Assembly: GCA_963760795.1 (NCBI GenBank)
Contig: CAVXEP010000033.1
Location: 57,192 to 121,191, forward strand
Reading direction: 5' to 3'
Length of the DNA stretch: 64,000 nt
DNA from: an uncultured delta proteobacterium
GTDB lineage: Bacteria > Desulfobacterota > Binatia > UBA9968
Shown here: positions 51,574 through 61,891 of the stretch, piece after piece
Layout: the number at the start of each line of letters is the position of its first letter
Position numbering within the stretch: the first letter of the stretch is position 1
Notes under the pieces: model-generated
Seen by the model: the letters and a program-made list of their open reading frames with translations, nothing else
Databases searched by the model: none
What the model was told of the DNA's origin: nothing
Program-made: the position numbers and the translations under genes

Positions 51574-52134
51574 TTACGTCGACTTGCGGCCGAACAGCGA
51601 TTGGCTGCCGGAGGCATAGCCGGTGGCTTCCAAACCCCAGCGGATGGCGTCACGGGTCTGCTCGTTGGTGACGCGCAGCCGTTCAATAAAAATCGTCACC
51701 AGCCGGTAGCAAATTTTCGCGGCCATCTCCGGGTGGTGCGAAAAAATATCGTGGAAGACGCCGCGGTCGAGGCGCCACAGCAGCGAGTCGGTTTCGACGT
51801 TGGCGGTGGCTGAGCGCGGCGCGTTGTCGAACAGACCCATCTCGCCAAAGAAGTCGCCGCGGTGAAAGCGCGTCAGCACCATGTCGACATCGCCGCTGAC
51901 ATGCTTGCTGACCACGACTGTGCCTTGATCGACGATATAGAGCGCATCGGAGTCGTCCAGCTCGCGAAAAATAACTGTCCCGGCAGTGAATTTCTTGGCG
52001 ATCAGCAAGGGGGCCAGAGTGGCCAAGGCCTCGGCTTCGAGGTCCTGGAACAGGACAACTTTACTGAGAATCTCGGCAAGGGGTGGCATATGCGGGATGA
52101 GCTTTTGCGCCGATGCTAGCGGGCTCGGCGACAA
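51574..52134 (-). CDS. cyclic nucleotide-binding domain protein (no HTH)
   Basis: LFQDL, GTVIFRE, GDFFGEMGLFDNAPRSATA. Confidence 0.9.
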   Translation of the reverse strand: MSPSPLASAQKLIPHMPPLAEILSKVVLFQDLEAEALATLAPLLIAKKFTAGTVIFRELDDSDALYIVDQGTVVVSKHVSGDVDMVLTRFHRGDFFGEMGLFDNAPRSATANVETDSLLWRLDRGVFHDIFSHHPEMAAKICYRLVTIFIERLRVTNEQTRDAIRWGLEATGYASGSQSLFGRKST

Positions 52135-52235
52135 AGCGCAAGTAACAGTGCCGGCGACGAAATGACTAACCGGTTGGCGGCGATTGAGGTGCGCCGTGGA
52201 TAAGAGCGATTCGGCTGTTGGAGCTCGTGGTTCGG

Positions 52236-53210
52236 CTAGGCCGCCGATGCCATTTCCTTGACCGGCAACTGTTCACTGCGATCATAGGCTTGGACCGGCA
52301 CCGGTTTCAGATCCCAGATGATGCCGAGCCACGATAACGACTTGAGAATGTAATAGGTAACGTCGATTTCCCACCAATAAAAGCCCTGGCGGACGGTACC
52401 CATATGTTGATGATGGTTGTTGTGCCAGCCTTCGCCCAGGGTGATCAGCGCCAGCCAAAAGTTATTTCTGCTCTCGTCGCCGGTGTCATAGCGCTTTCTG
52501 CCGAAAATATGCGACAGCGAATTGATCGTCGCGGTGCCATGAAACAATACCGTGGTGCTGATGACAAAGCCCCAAACCAAAAGTTGCAGGCCGGTGACGC
52601 CGAGCGATGGCGCGGTATGCTGCAGACCGAGGCCGCAAAGATAGAGCAGCGACGCCAATGCGACCGGCACGGCTTTATCATAACGATTGAGCCATACTAG
52701 TTCAGGGAAGCGGGCAAAGTCTTGGATGCGATTATACTGAGTGGCGTAAAAACGGTTGCACATGAACCAGCCCATGTGGGAGCGGAAGAAACTAAAGTGA
52801 ACCGGCGAATGGGGGTCGGCGGGGGTATCGGAGTTGCGATGATGCTCGCGATGGTTGGCCGCCCACCAGAGCGGTCCCCGCTGTGTCGCCGACGCGCCCA
52901 AGAGGGCGAAGATAAATTGCGCCGGCCGCGAGGTCTTGAAGGTGCGGTGAGAAAAATAACGGTGGTAAATCCCGGTGATCGCGAACATGCGCACGAAGTA
53001 AAGTGCCGCCGCGGTAGTTACCGCGGTCCAGCTCCAGCCGACTAAAAAAACCCCGAGACAGCCAAGGTGCATGATGATGAAAGGAATACTACGTACCCAG
53101 TTGATCCTGTCGACATCCTTGGTCTTGCCAACCTCGCCAGTGGCATGAAAGTCGGCGTTGAACCATTGGATCACCGAGGCGGTGGAGCGTTGAAGTAATG
53201 AGCGCTTCAT
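52236..53210 (-). CDS. acyl-CoA/acyl-lipid delta-9-type fatty acid desaturase
   Basis: His boxes HRYFSH, HREHH, HNNHH; GEGWHNNHH, WWEIDVTY. Confidence 0.93.
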   Translation of the reverse strand: MKRSLLQRSTASVIQWFNADFHATGEVGKTKDVDRINWVRSIPFIIMHLGCLGVFLVGWSWTAVTTAAALYFVRMFAITGIYHRYFSHRTFKTSRPAQFIFALLGASATQRGPLWWAANHREHHRNSDTPADPHSPVHFSFFRSHMGWFMCNRFYATQYNRIQDFARFPELVWLNRYDKAVPVALASLLYLCGLGLQHTAPSLGVTGLQLLVWGFVISTTVLFHGTATINSLSHIFGRKRYDTGDESRNNFWLALITLGEGWHNNHHQHMGTVRQGFYWWEIDVTYYILKSLSWLGIIWDLKPVPVQAYDRSEQLPVKEMASAA

Positions 53211-53348
53211 TAATCCAAGAACGATAACATGAGAGAGGAGCCACTTCAATAAATATAATGATTTTTTCAAGGAAACGGACAATATCGCCGGAGCCGATAA
53301 TTATTTCCGAGAGTTGCCATCCTCCCTGGGGATTTACTGGCCAAGTGT

Positions 53349-54434
53349 TTAGAAATGATATAGGCGCTCGGGGTTTTTGTTGAGGATTTTCTCGATTGTT
53401 ATGCTGCTTAGATCGCCCCGCTTTATCAACCCTTGGGCCAGTTGATCTTGCCGAAAAGCGTCGCCGTGGGGAAAATCTGTGGCGGTGACGATGAAGTCAT
53501 CGCCGAGCTTGCTCGCGACATAGGGCAGATCGTCATCGATGGCGCAAGAAACGAAGACCTGTTCGGCCAACCAGCGATCGACCTTGGCCCGGCGCTTCTC
53601 GCCTAGTCCTTTGACTAAGCGGGTGGTCCACTCGATGCCGGCTTCGAGAAAGGCGACGCGCAGATTGGGGAAGTCGTCGAGCAGCGTCGAACTCAAGATC
53701 TGCGTGAAGCCATAGAGCACATAGGGATTGCTGACAATGCCGCGGCCCAGCGGGTGGATTTGCGGGAATTCATCGTAGTAAGGCCGCGGCACGCCTTCGA
53801 GCATGCGGCTGATGGTTGGGCTCGAGCCGTTGCCGGTATGCACCGTTATCGGCAGATCCTGGCGCTCGGCCTCTTGATAGATCGGCCAATGATCCGGGTG
53901 GGTCAGCGGCCGGTCCCATTCGAGACCGCGGGCGAAGATGCCGGCGGCCGAGCCCAAAGCTTTGACGCGGCGGATTTCTTGCACGGCGAGATCGGGCCGG
54001 CGCCAGGGCACGATGGCGACGTACCAGATGCGGCCGCCGGACTGTTTGCATTGCGTCGCCATGAATTGATTGTAACTGCGCGCCAGAGCCGCTTCGAGCT
54101 CGATGTTCTCGGCGAGACAACCGAGCCAGATCGAGGGGAACACCACCTGGATGTCGATGGCTAATTCATTCATACAGGCGATGCGCGCATTGACATCGCG
54201 CAGCTCTTGGACCTGAATCGACGCGTCTTTGCCATGGGCGCGCTTCATCAATGTCGGATTGGCGGCGAAAAAACGCAGCTTATAATCGATCACCCATGCG
54301 GCATTGTGGGTGCCGAAACAAGTATCTTCGGGGAAAACCACCGGGATCGGCCGGAGCAGATAGAACTCGGGATCCAAGTATTGCCAAGTTTCGACGCTCT
54401 CTTCGACATGGGCATCGCAGTCAATCACGCGCAT
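53349..54434 (-). CDS. amidohydrolase_2 family protein
   Basis: IDCDAH, RSYNQF, VHTG, AFLEAG, ATDFPH. Confidence 0.9.
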   Translation of the reverse strand: MRVIDCDAHVEESVETWQYLDPEFYLLRPIPVVFPEDTCFGTHNAAWVIDYKLRFFAANPTLMKRAHGKDASIQVQELRDVNARIACMNELAIDIQVVFPSIWLGCLAENIELEAALARSYNQFMATQCKQSGGRIWYVAIVPWRRPDLAVQEIRRVKALGSAAGIFARGLEWDRPLTHPDHWPIYQEAERQDLPITVHTGNGSSPTISRMLEGVPRPYYDEFPQIHPLGRGIVSNPYVLYGFTQILSSTLLDDFPNLRVAFLEAGIEWTTRLVKGLGEKRRAKVDRWLAEQVFVSCAIDDDLPYVASKLGDDFIVTATDFPHGDAFRQDQLAQGLIKRGDLSSITIEKILNKNPERLYHF

Positions 54435-54678
54435 GAAAATCTCCAAAAATTTATGGGGCAATCGCGCCGGAGAATCGGCAGTCGGACAAAGCTAAAATCT
54501 TCGTGACGTCCCAAGTCGTGGTATATGACCTTTTGCCTGGCCCGGCAAGTTATCCATTGGCAGCGGGAACTTGCCGCGCGGTTTGGCGGTTATGGCTTGC
54601 AAGAATAGACGCGCGCTCTTGCGTGCGACTATACCCGGGATATGTTGTGCCTTGAAAAGCAATTTTATCGGAGGTGCC

Positions 54679-55293
54679 ATGAGGACTCGGCAAATACTCG
54701 ATAGGTTGGTGCAATCTTTTGGGCTCGCTGCGCTACTGCTATTGGCCGCGCCAGCGCCTGGCAGCGCGCAAACCGCCAGGGCGACTTTTGCCGGCGGCTG
54801 CTTCTGGTGCATGGAACCGCCCTTCGATGAACTCGACGGCGTGAGCTCGACGACGTCCGGCTATATCGCCGGTACGACCAAGAACCCGACCTACGAGCAA
54901 GTCAGCACCGGGACCACCGGCCATACCGAAGCCTTGCAGGTTGTCTACGATCCGAAAAAAATTACCTACGAAAAGTTGTTAGATGTGTTTTGGCGCAATA
55001 TCGACCCGCTCGCCGCCAACGGCCAGTTCTGCGATCTTGGCAGCCAGTACCGCTCGGGAATTTTTTATCACGATGGCAATCAAAAAAGCGCCGCCGAGAA
55101 ATCGAAGAAAGCGATTCAGGCCCGCTTCAAGCAGCCGGTGGCGACCGAAATCACCGCCGCGACGGTTTTTTACCCCGCTGAGGATTATCATCAGGACTAC
55201 TACAAGAAAAATCCGCTGCGCTACAAACTCTATTCCCATGGCTGCGGCCGGGCGCAGCGGCTGGAAGAAGTTTGGGGCGCGGCGAAGAAGTAG
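54679..55293 (+). CDS. msrA: peptide-methionine (S)-S-oxide reductase with signal peptide
   Basis: FAGGCFWC, GHTEA, YRSGIF, FYPAEDYHQDY, GCGR; ATG 54679 with GGAGG RBS. Confidence 0.95.
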   Translation: MRTRQILDRLVQSFGLAALLLLAAPAPGSAQTARATFAGGCFWCMEPPFDELDGVSSTTSGYIAGTTKNPTYEQVSTGTTGHTEALQVVYDPKKITYEKLLDVFWRNIDPLAANGQFCDLGSQYRSGIFYHDGNQKSAAEKSKKAIQARFKQPVATEITAATVFYPAEDYHQDYYKKNPLRYKLYSHGCGRAQRLEEVWGAAKK

Positions 55294-55321
55294 GCGCGTC
55301 GAAGCTGGCCTGCGCAGCTTT

Positions 55322-56302
55322 CTACGCCTCAGCTAGGTAGCGCGCCATTTGCGCGCGCATCCGCGCATCAGGCAGCGGACCAACTCCAGCCTGCAGGTTG
55401 TCGATCAGGTGGCTGACTTTGCTGGTCGCGGGAATAGCGCAGGTGACCGCCGGATGGGCGATGATGAACTTCAGAAAAAATTGTGCCCAACTGGCACAGC
55501 CGAACTCTTTGGACCAGGGCGGCAAAGTTTTGCCGCGCGTGTGCTTAAACAACGCGCCTTCGGCGAAGGGCCGGTTGACCAGCACCGCGATACGCTTTTC
55601 TGCGGCGAGCGGCAACAGCCGCTCTTCGGCATCGCGTTCCGCCATCGAGTAGTTTAGTTGGACGAAATCCAACTCCTCGGCTGCCAACACCCGAGCCAGT
55701 TCGGCATAAGCGCCGGCATGGTAATGGGTCACGCCGAGGTAATCAATCTTGCCCTCGTCTCGCCAACGCCGCAGCGTCGTCAGATGCGTGCGGTAATCGA
55801 GCAGATTGTGCACCTGCATGAGGTCGAGTTTCTGCACGCGCAACCGGCGGAACGATTCCTCCATCTGGCGAATGCCCGCCTCGCGCCCGCTGGTCCACAC
55901 TTTGGTCGCGACGAAGAGTTGCTTGTGAATGCCAAGTTCGGCGGCGAGATCACCGCCGACGGTTTCTGACCTGCCATACATTGGCGAAGAGTCGATGACG
56001 CTGCCGCCACGCTGAACAAACTCGCGGAGGACCTCTTTCAAGGACGCACGCTCGGTCGAAGCTGCGCCAACGTCGAAGGTCTGCCAGGTGCCGAGGCCGA
56101 CGACCGGCAATAACTTACCGCTGCGCGGGATCGGTTTACGTAGAATCGATTGCGCCATAGCACGACCTCGCATCAATGCGAGCGCACCTGCGCCAACTCC
56201 GGCGCGCAATACCTGGCGGCGCGACAGCAAAGTTCGCCCATATGAATTATCACAGGGCCATCGCCGCTGCACCGATGGTTCTCGGATCGCAAGTCGCTCC
56301 AA
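55322..56302 (-). CDS. aldo/keto reductase with Tat-like N-terminus
   Basis: GLGTW, IDSSPMYG, ATKVW, DLMQVHNL, IPATS; SRRQVL motif; start uncertain. Confidence 0.9.
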   Translation of the reverse strand: MERLAIREPSVQRRWPCDNSYGRTLLSRRQVLRAGVGAGALALMRGRAMAQSILRKPIPRSGKLLPVVGLGTWQTFDVGAASTERASLKEVLREFVQRGGSVIDSSPMYGRSETVGGDLAAELGIHKQLFVATKVWTSGREAGIRQMEESFRRLRVQKLDLMQVHNLLDYRTHLTTLRRWRDEGKIDYLGVTHYHAGAYAELARVLAAEELDFVQLNYSMAERDAEERLLPLAAEKRIAVLVNRPFAEGALFKHTRGKTLPPWSKEFGCASWAQFFLKFIIAHPAVTCAIPATSKVSHLIDNLQAGVGPLPDARMRAQMARYLAEA

Positions 56303-56534
56303 AGCGTAGCCACGAGTTATTCTCTAGAAATAGCAGTGTTAATTCAACTGCTGGGCCTGCACGGGCGCCACGCATTGCGGCGCGAGCGTGGCAATTACCG
56401 CCACGGGCCGTTCCTCTGGGAGAGTTTTGCTAGAATTAAGCAATGCAAGTCACAAAGTTCGCGAACAAGCCAATCAGGATTCGCTGTCATTGAATGCGGC
56501 GAAAAAGCCGGGGGCGATCATGTGTCGTTGACGG

Positions 56535-57401
56535 TCATATGCCCATGTTGTCTTCAGGTTTTCGCCGCGGCCCTTTTTCCCGCGGAATGCCGCGCCAGTC
56601 TCCCGACATCCAGAATTCCGTGCAGCTGCCGAAGACGCCGAGTGGAATCGCCAAGGCCATGATGAAATACCAAAGTGAGTCGCTGGAGCTGCCGACAAAC
56701 GCCGTGAAGGTTATGACGATTTTCGCCGTGCCGCCGCCAAAAATCGCGCCCATGGCGAGCCGGGGCCACCGTTGCACGCCGTACTGAGTCGCGTAGACAC
56801 CCCAGAGACCGCCGACGAAGAAAGCCAAGAATGGTCCGATAAAAAGCGCAAAGATCGCCCCGGCGCCGCGGCCGCGCAGGGACATCTCTTCGAGATTCTC
56901 GTCGGCGCTCTGACTGCCGACGCGCACATCGCCGCGCAGCGCGCGGAACAGATAGTGCACCGCGCCGTGGATGCCGAGGTCGGGTCGGAGACCGTTGATG
57001 TAGAGTGTCACCTGCTCGCGCAGTTTCTCGCTGGTCGCCGGCTGCGGCAGCAAATGTTGCAACGGCGCGCCGGCATGAAAACCGACTTCGTGCTCGGCGC
57101 GGGCAATGACTAACAGCACGGTCCTATTGCGCTCGTTATCACTCAACGGCAAACGGTTGAAGGCTTGCTGCGCCAGCGCTTCGATCTTGGCGCCATCGAG
57201 GCTTTTGACGGTCAAAATTGCGACGTGGTTCGCGGTCTCCGTGGCGAACCGGTGCAGGCGATGTTCGAGATCGTCGAGGCTAGCCGGCGGAAACATGCCG
57301 GCGAAATCGCTGATGGTGGTTTTGAGCGGCGGCAGATCGACGGCCGTCGCGTGCACGATAAAAGCAAATTGCAGCAGCAAAGCTAGAGCGACGGCGGTCA
57401 T
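56535..57401 (-). CDS. TPM-domain membrane protein
   Basis: signal peptide, ISDFAGMF...VAILTVKSLDG..IE, C-terminal TM helices; ATGA overlap with the upstream gene. Confidence 0.75.
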   Translation of the reverse strand: MTAVALALLLQFAFIVHATAVDLPPLKTTISDFAGMFPPASLDDLEHRLHRFATETANHVAILTVKSLDGAKIEALAQQAFNRLPLSDNERNRTVLLVIARAEHEVGFHAGAPLQHLLPQPATSEKLREQVTLYINGLRPDLGIHGAVHYLFRALRGDVRVGSQSADENLEEMSLRGRGAGAIFALFIGPFLAFFVGGLWGVYATQYGVQRWPRLAMGAIFGGGTAKIVITFTAFVGSSSDSLWYFIMALAIPLGVFGSCTEFWMSGDWRGIPREKGPRRKPEDNMGI

Positions 57402-58177
57402 TTCGCACCGTCGAGCGCGGCTTGGGCGCGCCGGTCCAATGCCGCCAGCTGGATCTCGTTTAACGGGAAGCCGAATTGCTCGTTGCGCATGCGCAGACGC
57501 TGGCCGCACACGGCACAAATAATCTCCGCGGCGCGTTTGCGATCGGCGTCGTTCTTGATTTGCCCGTTGAGCGAGCGGGCGCCGCTATCTTTATGTTCGA
57601 CTTCATCGAGCAGGATTTCATGGAACGCCCGGGCGATCTTGGCTTCGATACCCGTCTTTTTAAGTTTGCTGCAAACCCAATAGAGCGCGCCGCCGCCGCC
57701 CTCGGTGAGCGTGATGGCGGCGCGCTCGAGATCTTCGTCACGGCGCTTGATTTCTTTCGAGCTGACTTTCCCCGAGCCGTGCAACAGGGTGGCATAGCTC
57801 TTCGAGTATCTGGCGCGCACCTCGGCGAGCTTGCGATCCTCCGGCAGCCAGGTGAGATCCTGCGGCCCGGTTTTCTTGCCGCTGATCTTCTCCAGCAAAT
57901 CCAACACCAAGCGCGCGTGCTTGGTCTCGTCGGCGAGTTTCTCGGTCAGCTCGGCGTAGTCATGCCGGTCGACGCCGCGATCGATTTTCGGATAGAGCGC
58001 CGCCAAGGCATCGATGATCGGCCTGATCGCCGAGTGTTCTTTGAACCCCTGGGCTTTGAGCCAGCGTAGATGGTCGGTGCGCTTGCGCGGCTTTTTGAAA
58101 AACGCCGTGATGACCTCGGCCTCGGCGTTGGCGTAAGCTTTGGCGAGTCGCGTGAGCTGGTTATCGTAGTCAGTCAT
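57398..58177 (-). CDS. ferritin-like (di-iron carboxylate) domain protein
   Basis: two DExxH motifs (DETKH, DEVEH) with upstream Glu helices (FKEH, LTEG). Confidence 0.7.
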   Translation of the reverse strand: MTDYDNQLTRLAKAYANAEAEVITAFFKKPRKRTDHLRWLKAQGFKEHSAIRPIIDALAALYPKIDRGVDRHDYAELTEKLADETKHARLVLDLLEKISGKKTGPQDLTWLPEDRKLAEVRARYSKSYATLLHGSGKVSSKEIKRRDEDLERAAITLTEGGGGALYWVCSKLKKTGIEAKIARAFHEILLDEVEHKDSGARSLNGQIKNDADRKRAAEIICAVCGQRLRMRNEQFGFPLNEIQLAALDRRAQAALDGAK

Positions 58178-58410
58178 CGGATAGGTGTGAGGGTTGAGGA
58201 GCGAGTTTTGTTGGCAAGTGAGTCAGTTCCTGCTGTTCTGACTTTGGCGTCAATATGCAATCAGTTGTTTCACCACGAAGTTCACGAAGGACACGAAGGT
58301 CGGAAATTAATCGTTTGGCTTCAAGTGCGTCCTCGATTGCGATTCTCCCATCGAGAACTATGCAGTTCATTGCAGCCAATTCTCTGAGACCGAATGGTTT
58401 TCGTCAAACT

Positions 58411-58454
58411 ACTTGAACGGCTTGAACGTTTGGAACGCCTGGAACGAACTTGAA
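58411..58454. repeat. TTGAAC/TGGAAC nonamer-periodic repeat
   Basis: CTTGAACGGCTTGAACGTTTGGAACGCCTGGAACGAACTTGAA directly after the 3-HAO stop. Confidence 0.75.
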
Positions 58455-58970
58455 TCACTTCGGCGGCGCCGGAATTATTGTGCCGCAGCTTTTGCACGTG
58501 CGCAGTTTCTCGTCGCTGGAGAACGTTTGATACACCTGACTCACCGGATCGGCGCGGTAGTCGCCGACCTCGGCTGAGGTCTCATAGACCTTTTCGCCGC
58601 ATTTGTTGCAGAACCATTTGAAGTAATCGATCTCGCCCGCTTTACGCTTGCGTTCGAAGACGATGAACCAGGAGTCGGCTTCGAGGCGCGGTGAATGCGG
58701 CACGCCGGCGGGGCAGAGCAGGATCTGACCGGCTTTGATATCGGCGGTGTGTTCGTTGCCGGCTTCATCACGATAGACCAGATGTTGCACGCCGGTCACT
58801 TGCAGCGTCACTTCGTCCGCCGGATCGATGTGAAAATCCCAGCGCTCTTTACGGCCGCTGCTCAAGAACGCGATGGACTCGGAATCCTGCCAGAGCACGC
58901 GGCGGGTTTTGCCTTCGGCTTTCACCTCTGCGATGACTCCAGTGAGATCGATGGGAATGAGCTTTTCCAT
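58455..58970 (-). CDS. nbaC: 3-hydroxyanthranilate 3,4-dioxygenase-like
   Basis: R.DFHIDPADE, PAGVPHSP, ER.R, CNKC and CKSC rubredoxin-like sites. Confidence 0.82.
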   Translation of the reverse strand: MEKLIPIDLTGVIAEVKAEGKTRRVLWQDSESIAFLSSGRKERWDFHIDPADEVTLQVTGVQHLVYRDEAGNEHTADIKAGQILLCPAGVPHSPRLEADSWFIVFERKRKAGEIDYFKWFCNKCGEKVYETSAEVGDYRADPVSQVYQTFSSDEKLRTCKSCGTIIPAPPK

Positions 58971-58994
58971 GGACCGACTATAGCGCTTTCGAAA
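58928..58994. repeat. 67-bp direct repeat, copy 1 (5' end and leader of the 3-HAO gene)
   Basis: identical to 61957-62023. Confidence 0.95.
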
Positions 58995-59783
58995 CGACAG
59001 CCGCAACCGAAGTCAAAGCGTAAGAAAACCGTGAAGTGCAGAGCATAACCCAGCAGCGCGGCGCGAGAGCGGCGAGTGCGTCGCAAGACAATTTACGACC
59101 TGCTCAATCTCACTTCCGTTATTGTGGTGGTTTCGCTGGCGATTGGAGAGTCGCAATCAACCTTCTCTCCGACTTTTTCATAGGACTCGACAATTCGGCT
59201 GTCATTCGACCACCTGCGTGGGGATTGAGTGATGGCGCTTATCCGCGGCTGAAGACTCTCACTGTCAAATGATCACCAATTTCGATGGCCGCATCTACCG
59301 ACAATAAAATGCGATGTTATGGAATGAGAAGTACGATGATACTAGATGGCGAATTTATCAGGGATATCCATAGGTGCAGTCAGCAACGATAAGCGGCATA
59401 AAGAACCATCGGGGAACGCAGGGTATTCCAGACATGACGGTGACCCAATTTCCATTCAGGTCGGTGCAATATCAAAGGTCAATTCCCACTTTCATTCGCG
59501 GTATGCAGTGATGTGGTGATTTTAATGTTAACCATTCGACAGCCTTTCAGTAACCATTGACGGTCCCCACGGCTGGACGAAAAAAACTCCTTGTTTCGCG
59601 ACAGCATGGTACGGGCATTGCTAGGAGTCCGGAAGGGCACGGTTCTGTGTATGGTAAATACTCCAGACCGGGGTTTTTCGTTTCGACTCGGTTCACCGTG
59701 TCCGCCAATTTCAAAATCAGACACTAGATCACCGCCGCTGATTTCTCTGTGAACGTCGGCGAATCATTCGCCGCGAGGTTTAA

Positions 59784-61655
59784 ATGAGTGTAGTTCCGAA
59801 TCCTGACAAATTTCTGATCGTGTTGCTTTTGCTTTTAGTGCCATTTCAAATATCTATTAGTGAAGCCCAAGCTGCCCAACTTCGGCTAAGCTGGACGGAC
59901 AACTCCAATAACGAAGACGGTTTCAACATTCTGCGAAAAACTGGGACTTCGGGAAACTACACGACGCTCGATTCCGTGGGAGCCAATGTCACCGACTACA
60001 CTGACTCAACGGTCAGTGCGGGTACGACGTACTGTTACGAGGTGAACGCTTTTAACTCCGCGGGACAGTCGGCGAGTGCTCCGGAAGCATGCGGCATACC
60101 GGCGGCAACGAGTTTCACTCTAACGGTGACAAGAGCAGGCGGTGGGAACGGGTCAGTTTCCAGTTCGCCTGCGGGAATCAACGGTTGTGCTGCATCATGT
60201 TCGGCGACGTTCAGTGGCACGGTGCAACTGACGGCGAGCCCGTCCGCCGGTTCTACTTTCGCCGGTTGGAGCGGAGGCGGTTGTAGCGGGACGGCGGGCT
60301 GTACGGTTAACCTAACCGCCAACACTACGGTTACCGCGACTTTTAATCTTTCACCGGCACCGACGACCCCGACGGGTTCATGGACCTACTGTGCCAGCGA
60401 GGGCGGCCAATGTAACTTCTCCGGCACCAAAGAGGTTCGCTACGGCGACAACGGCTCGTACTTCTACGGCACCTTCTCCAACGGCGTTGCTTGTAGCAAT
60501 AGCGTTTTCGGCGACCCGCTACCCGGCTTTGTCAAAGATTGCTACTACCGCGATACCACCAGCTCCCCTTCACCGGCACCGACGACCCCGACGGGTTCAT
60601 GGACCTACTGTGCCAGCGAGGGCGGCCAATGTAACTTCTCCGGCACCAAAGAGGTTCGCTACGGCGACAACGGCTCGTACTTCTACGGCACCTTCTCCAA
60701 CGGCGTTGCTTGTAGCAATAGCGTTTTCGGCGACCCGCTACCCGGCTTTGTCAAAGATTGCTACTACCGCGACGTCCCGACAGCGGCTGCGACAACTGAG
60801 CTTGCCTCTACCGATCAAATTCAAACGACCACCAACCGACTACCGAGCAGGATCGGAATATTCCGGCCAAGCACCGGACAATGGTTCTTAGACCGTAACG
60901 GTAACGGTGTCTTGGATTGCAGCAACGATCTTTGCATCAATAATTATGGCCAGGTTGGAATGCGTCCGCTGAGCGGCGATTGGAACGGCACCGGGAAAAG
61001 CAGCATCGGGACCTTCAATACTAACACCGCCTCCTGGCACCTCGATAACGATAACTATATTTGGGATAGCTGTGGCGCGACTGAAGATCTGGACCTCTGT
61101 TTCATATCTGCTGGCCAACAGGGCGCTACCCCCGTCGTGAAAGAAAATATTAACGATCAGATTAACATCGGTACGTATCGAGCCCAAGTGACAGCGACGG
61201 TGGGCGGCCAGCTGGTCACCAAACTGGGGGTTTGGGGGTTCGATACTGACGGTGACGGTGCGGTCGACAATTGTGCCGTGGACGAGTGCATCGAAGGCTT
61301 TGGTAATTCCTCAAGTGATTTGCCGGTGATCGGCGATTGGAATAATAACGGTTTTGAAAAGATCGGCTTCTTCCGCTCAACGACCGGACAGTGGTATCTC
61401 GACCTCAATGACAATGGCCAGTGGGATGGCTCTGGCACGGATAGACTGATCGCAAGTTTCGGCATATCTGGGGATCTGCCCGTCGCCGGCGATTGGGCTG
61501 GCACAGGCGGGAGCCAAATCGGCGTATTTCGTCCCACCACGGGAGAATGGTTCTTGGACCTCAACGGCAACGGCAGTTGGGACGGTTGCGAGATTGATAT
61601 CTGTATCGGCCAGTTCGGTCAGCCCGGAGATTTTCCGGTGGTCGGGAAGTGGTAG
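59784..61655 (+). CDS. secreted modular protein: FN3 + Ig/InlB-like + two Cys-rich modules + FG-GAP/VCBS-like repeats
   Basis: signal peptide (AQA-A), LSWTDNSNNEDGF...YEVNAFNSAG, STFAGWSGGGCSG, repeated GDWNG/FRPSTGQWFLDxNGNG. Confidence 0.85.
   Translation: MSVVPNPDKFLIVLLLLLVPFQISISEAQAAQLRLSWTDNSNNEDGFNILRKTGTSGNYTTLDSVGANVTDYTDSTVSAGTTYCYEVNAFNSAGQSASAPEACGIPAATSFTLTVTRAGGGNGSVSSSPAGINGCAASCSATFSGTVQLTASPSAGSTFAGWSGGGCSGTAGCTVNLTANTTVTATFNLSPAPTTPTGSWTYCASEGGQCNFSGTKEVRYGDNGSYFYGTFSNGVACSNSVFGDPLPGFVKDCYYRDTTSSPSPAPTTPTGSWTYCASEGGQCNFSGTKEVRYGDNGSYFYGTFSNGVACSNSVFGDPLPGFVKDCYYRDVPTAAATTELASTDQIQTTTNRLPSRIGIFRPSTGQWFLDRNGNGVLDCSNDLCINNYGQVGMRPLSGDWNGTGKSSIGTFNTNTASWHLDNDNYIWDSCGATEDLDLCFISAGQQGATPVVKENINDQINIGTYRAQVTATVGGQLVTKLGVWGFDTDGDGAVDNCAVDECIEGFGNSSSDLPVIGDWNNNGFEKIGFFRSTTGQWYLDLNDNGQWDGSGTDRLIASFGISGDLPVAGDWAGTGGSQIGVFRPTTGEWFLDLNGNGSWDGCEIDICIGQFGQPGDFPVVGKW
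60350..60772 (+). repeat. exact intragenic duplication: 204 bp identical, period 219 bp
   Basis: 60350-60553 equals 60569-60772. Confidence 0.95.
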
Positions 61656-61891
61656 CCTGGGCCCAAGCCATCCTTGCAACCCACTAATCAGTTCGTCTCG
61701 ATCAATTATTCATAACGTGTCTCTGCCGCGACAGTCACGCATGCGATAGTCCGAGGTTTGACATGCACGTCTCTCGATTTCCAAGCCACGTCGTTTGGCG
61801 ATCTTTATGAAGTTAATTCTACTTCGCGGTCCGAAGTAAGGATAGGCGGCGTTCATGCTGCCCCGCGCAGCAAGTTTCACCGAATGAACAT

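Noticed and set aside
58995-59783. Integrase remnant or c-di-GMP riboswitch in the islet's non-coding part
   Set aside because: No recombinase motifs in the short ORFs and no GEMM-type GCAAA/GGGACGCAAAGCC pattern seen.
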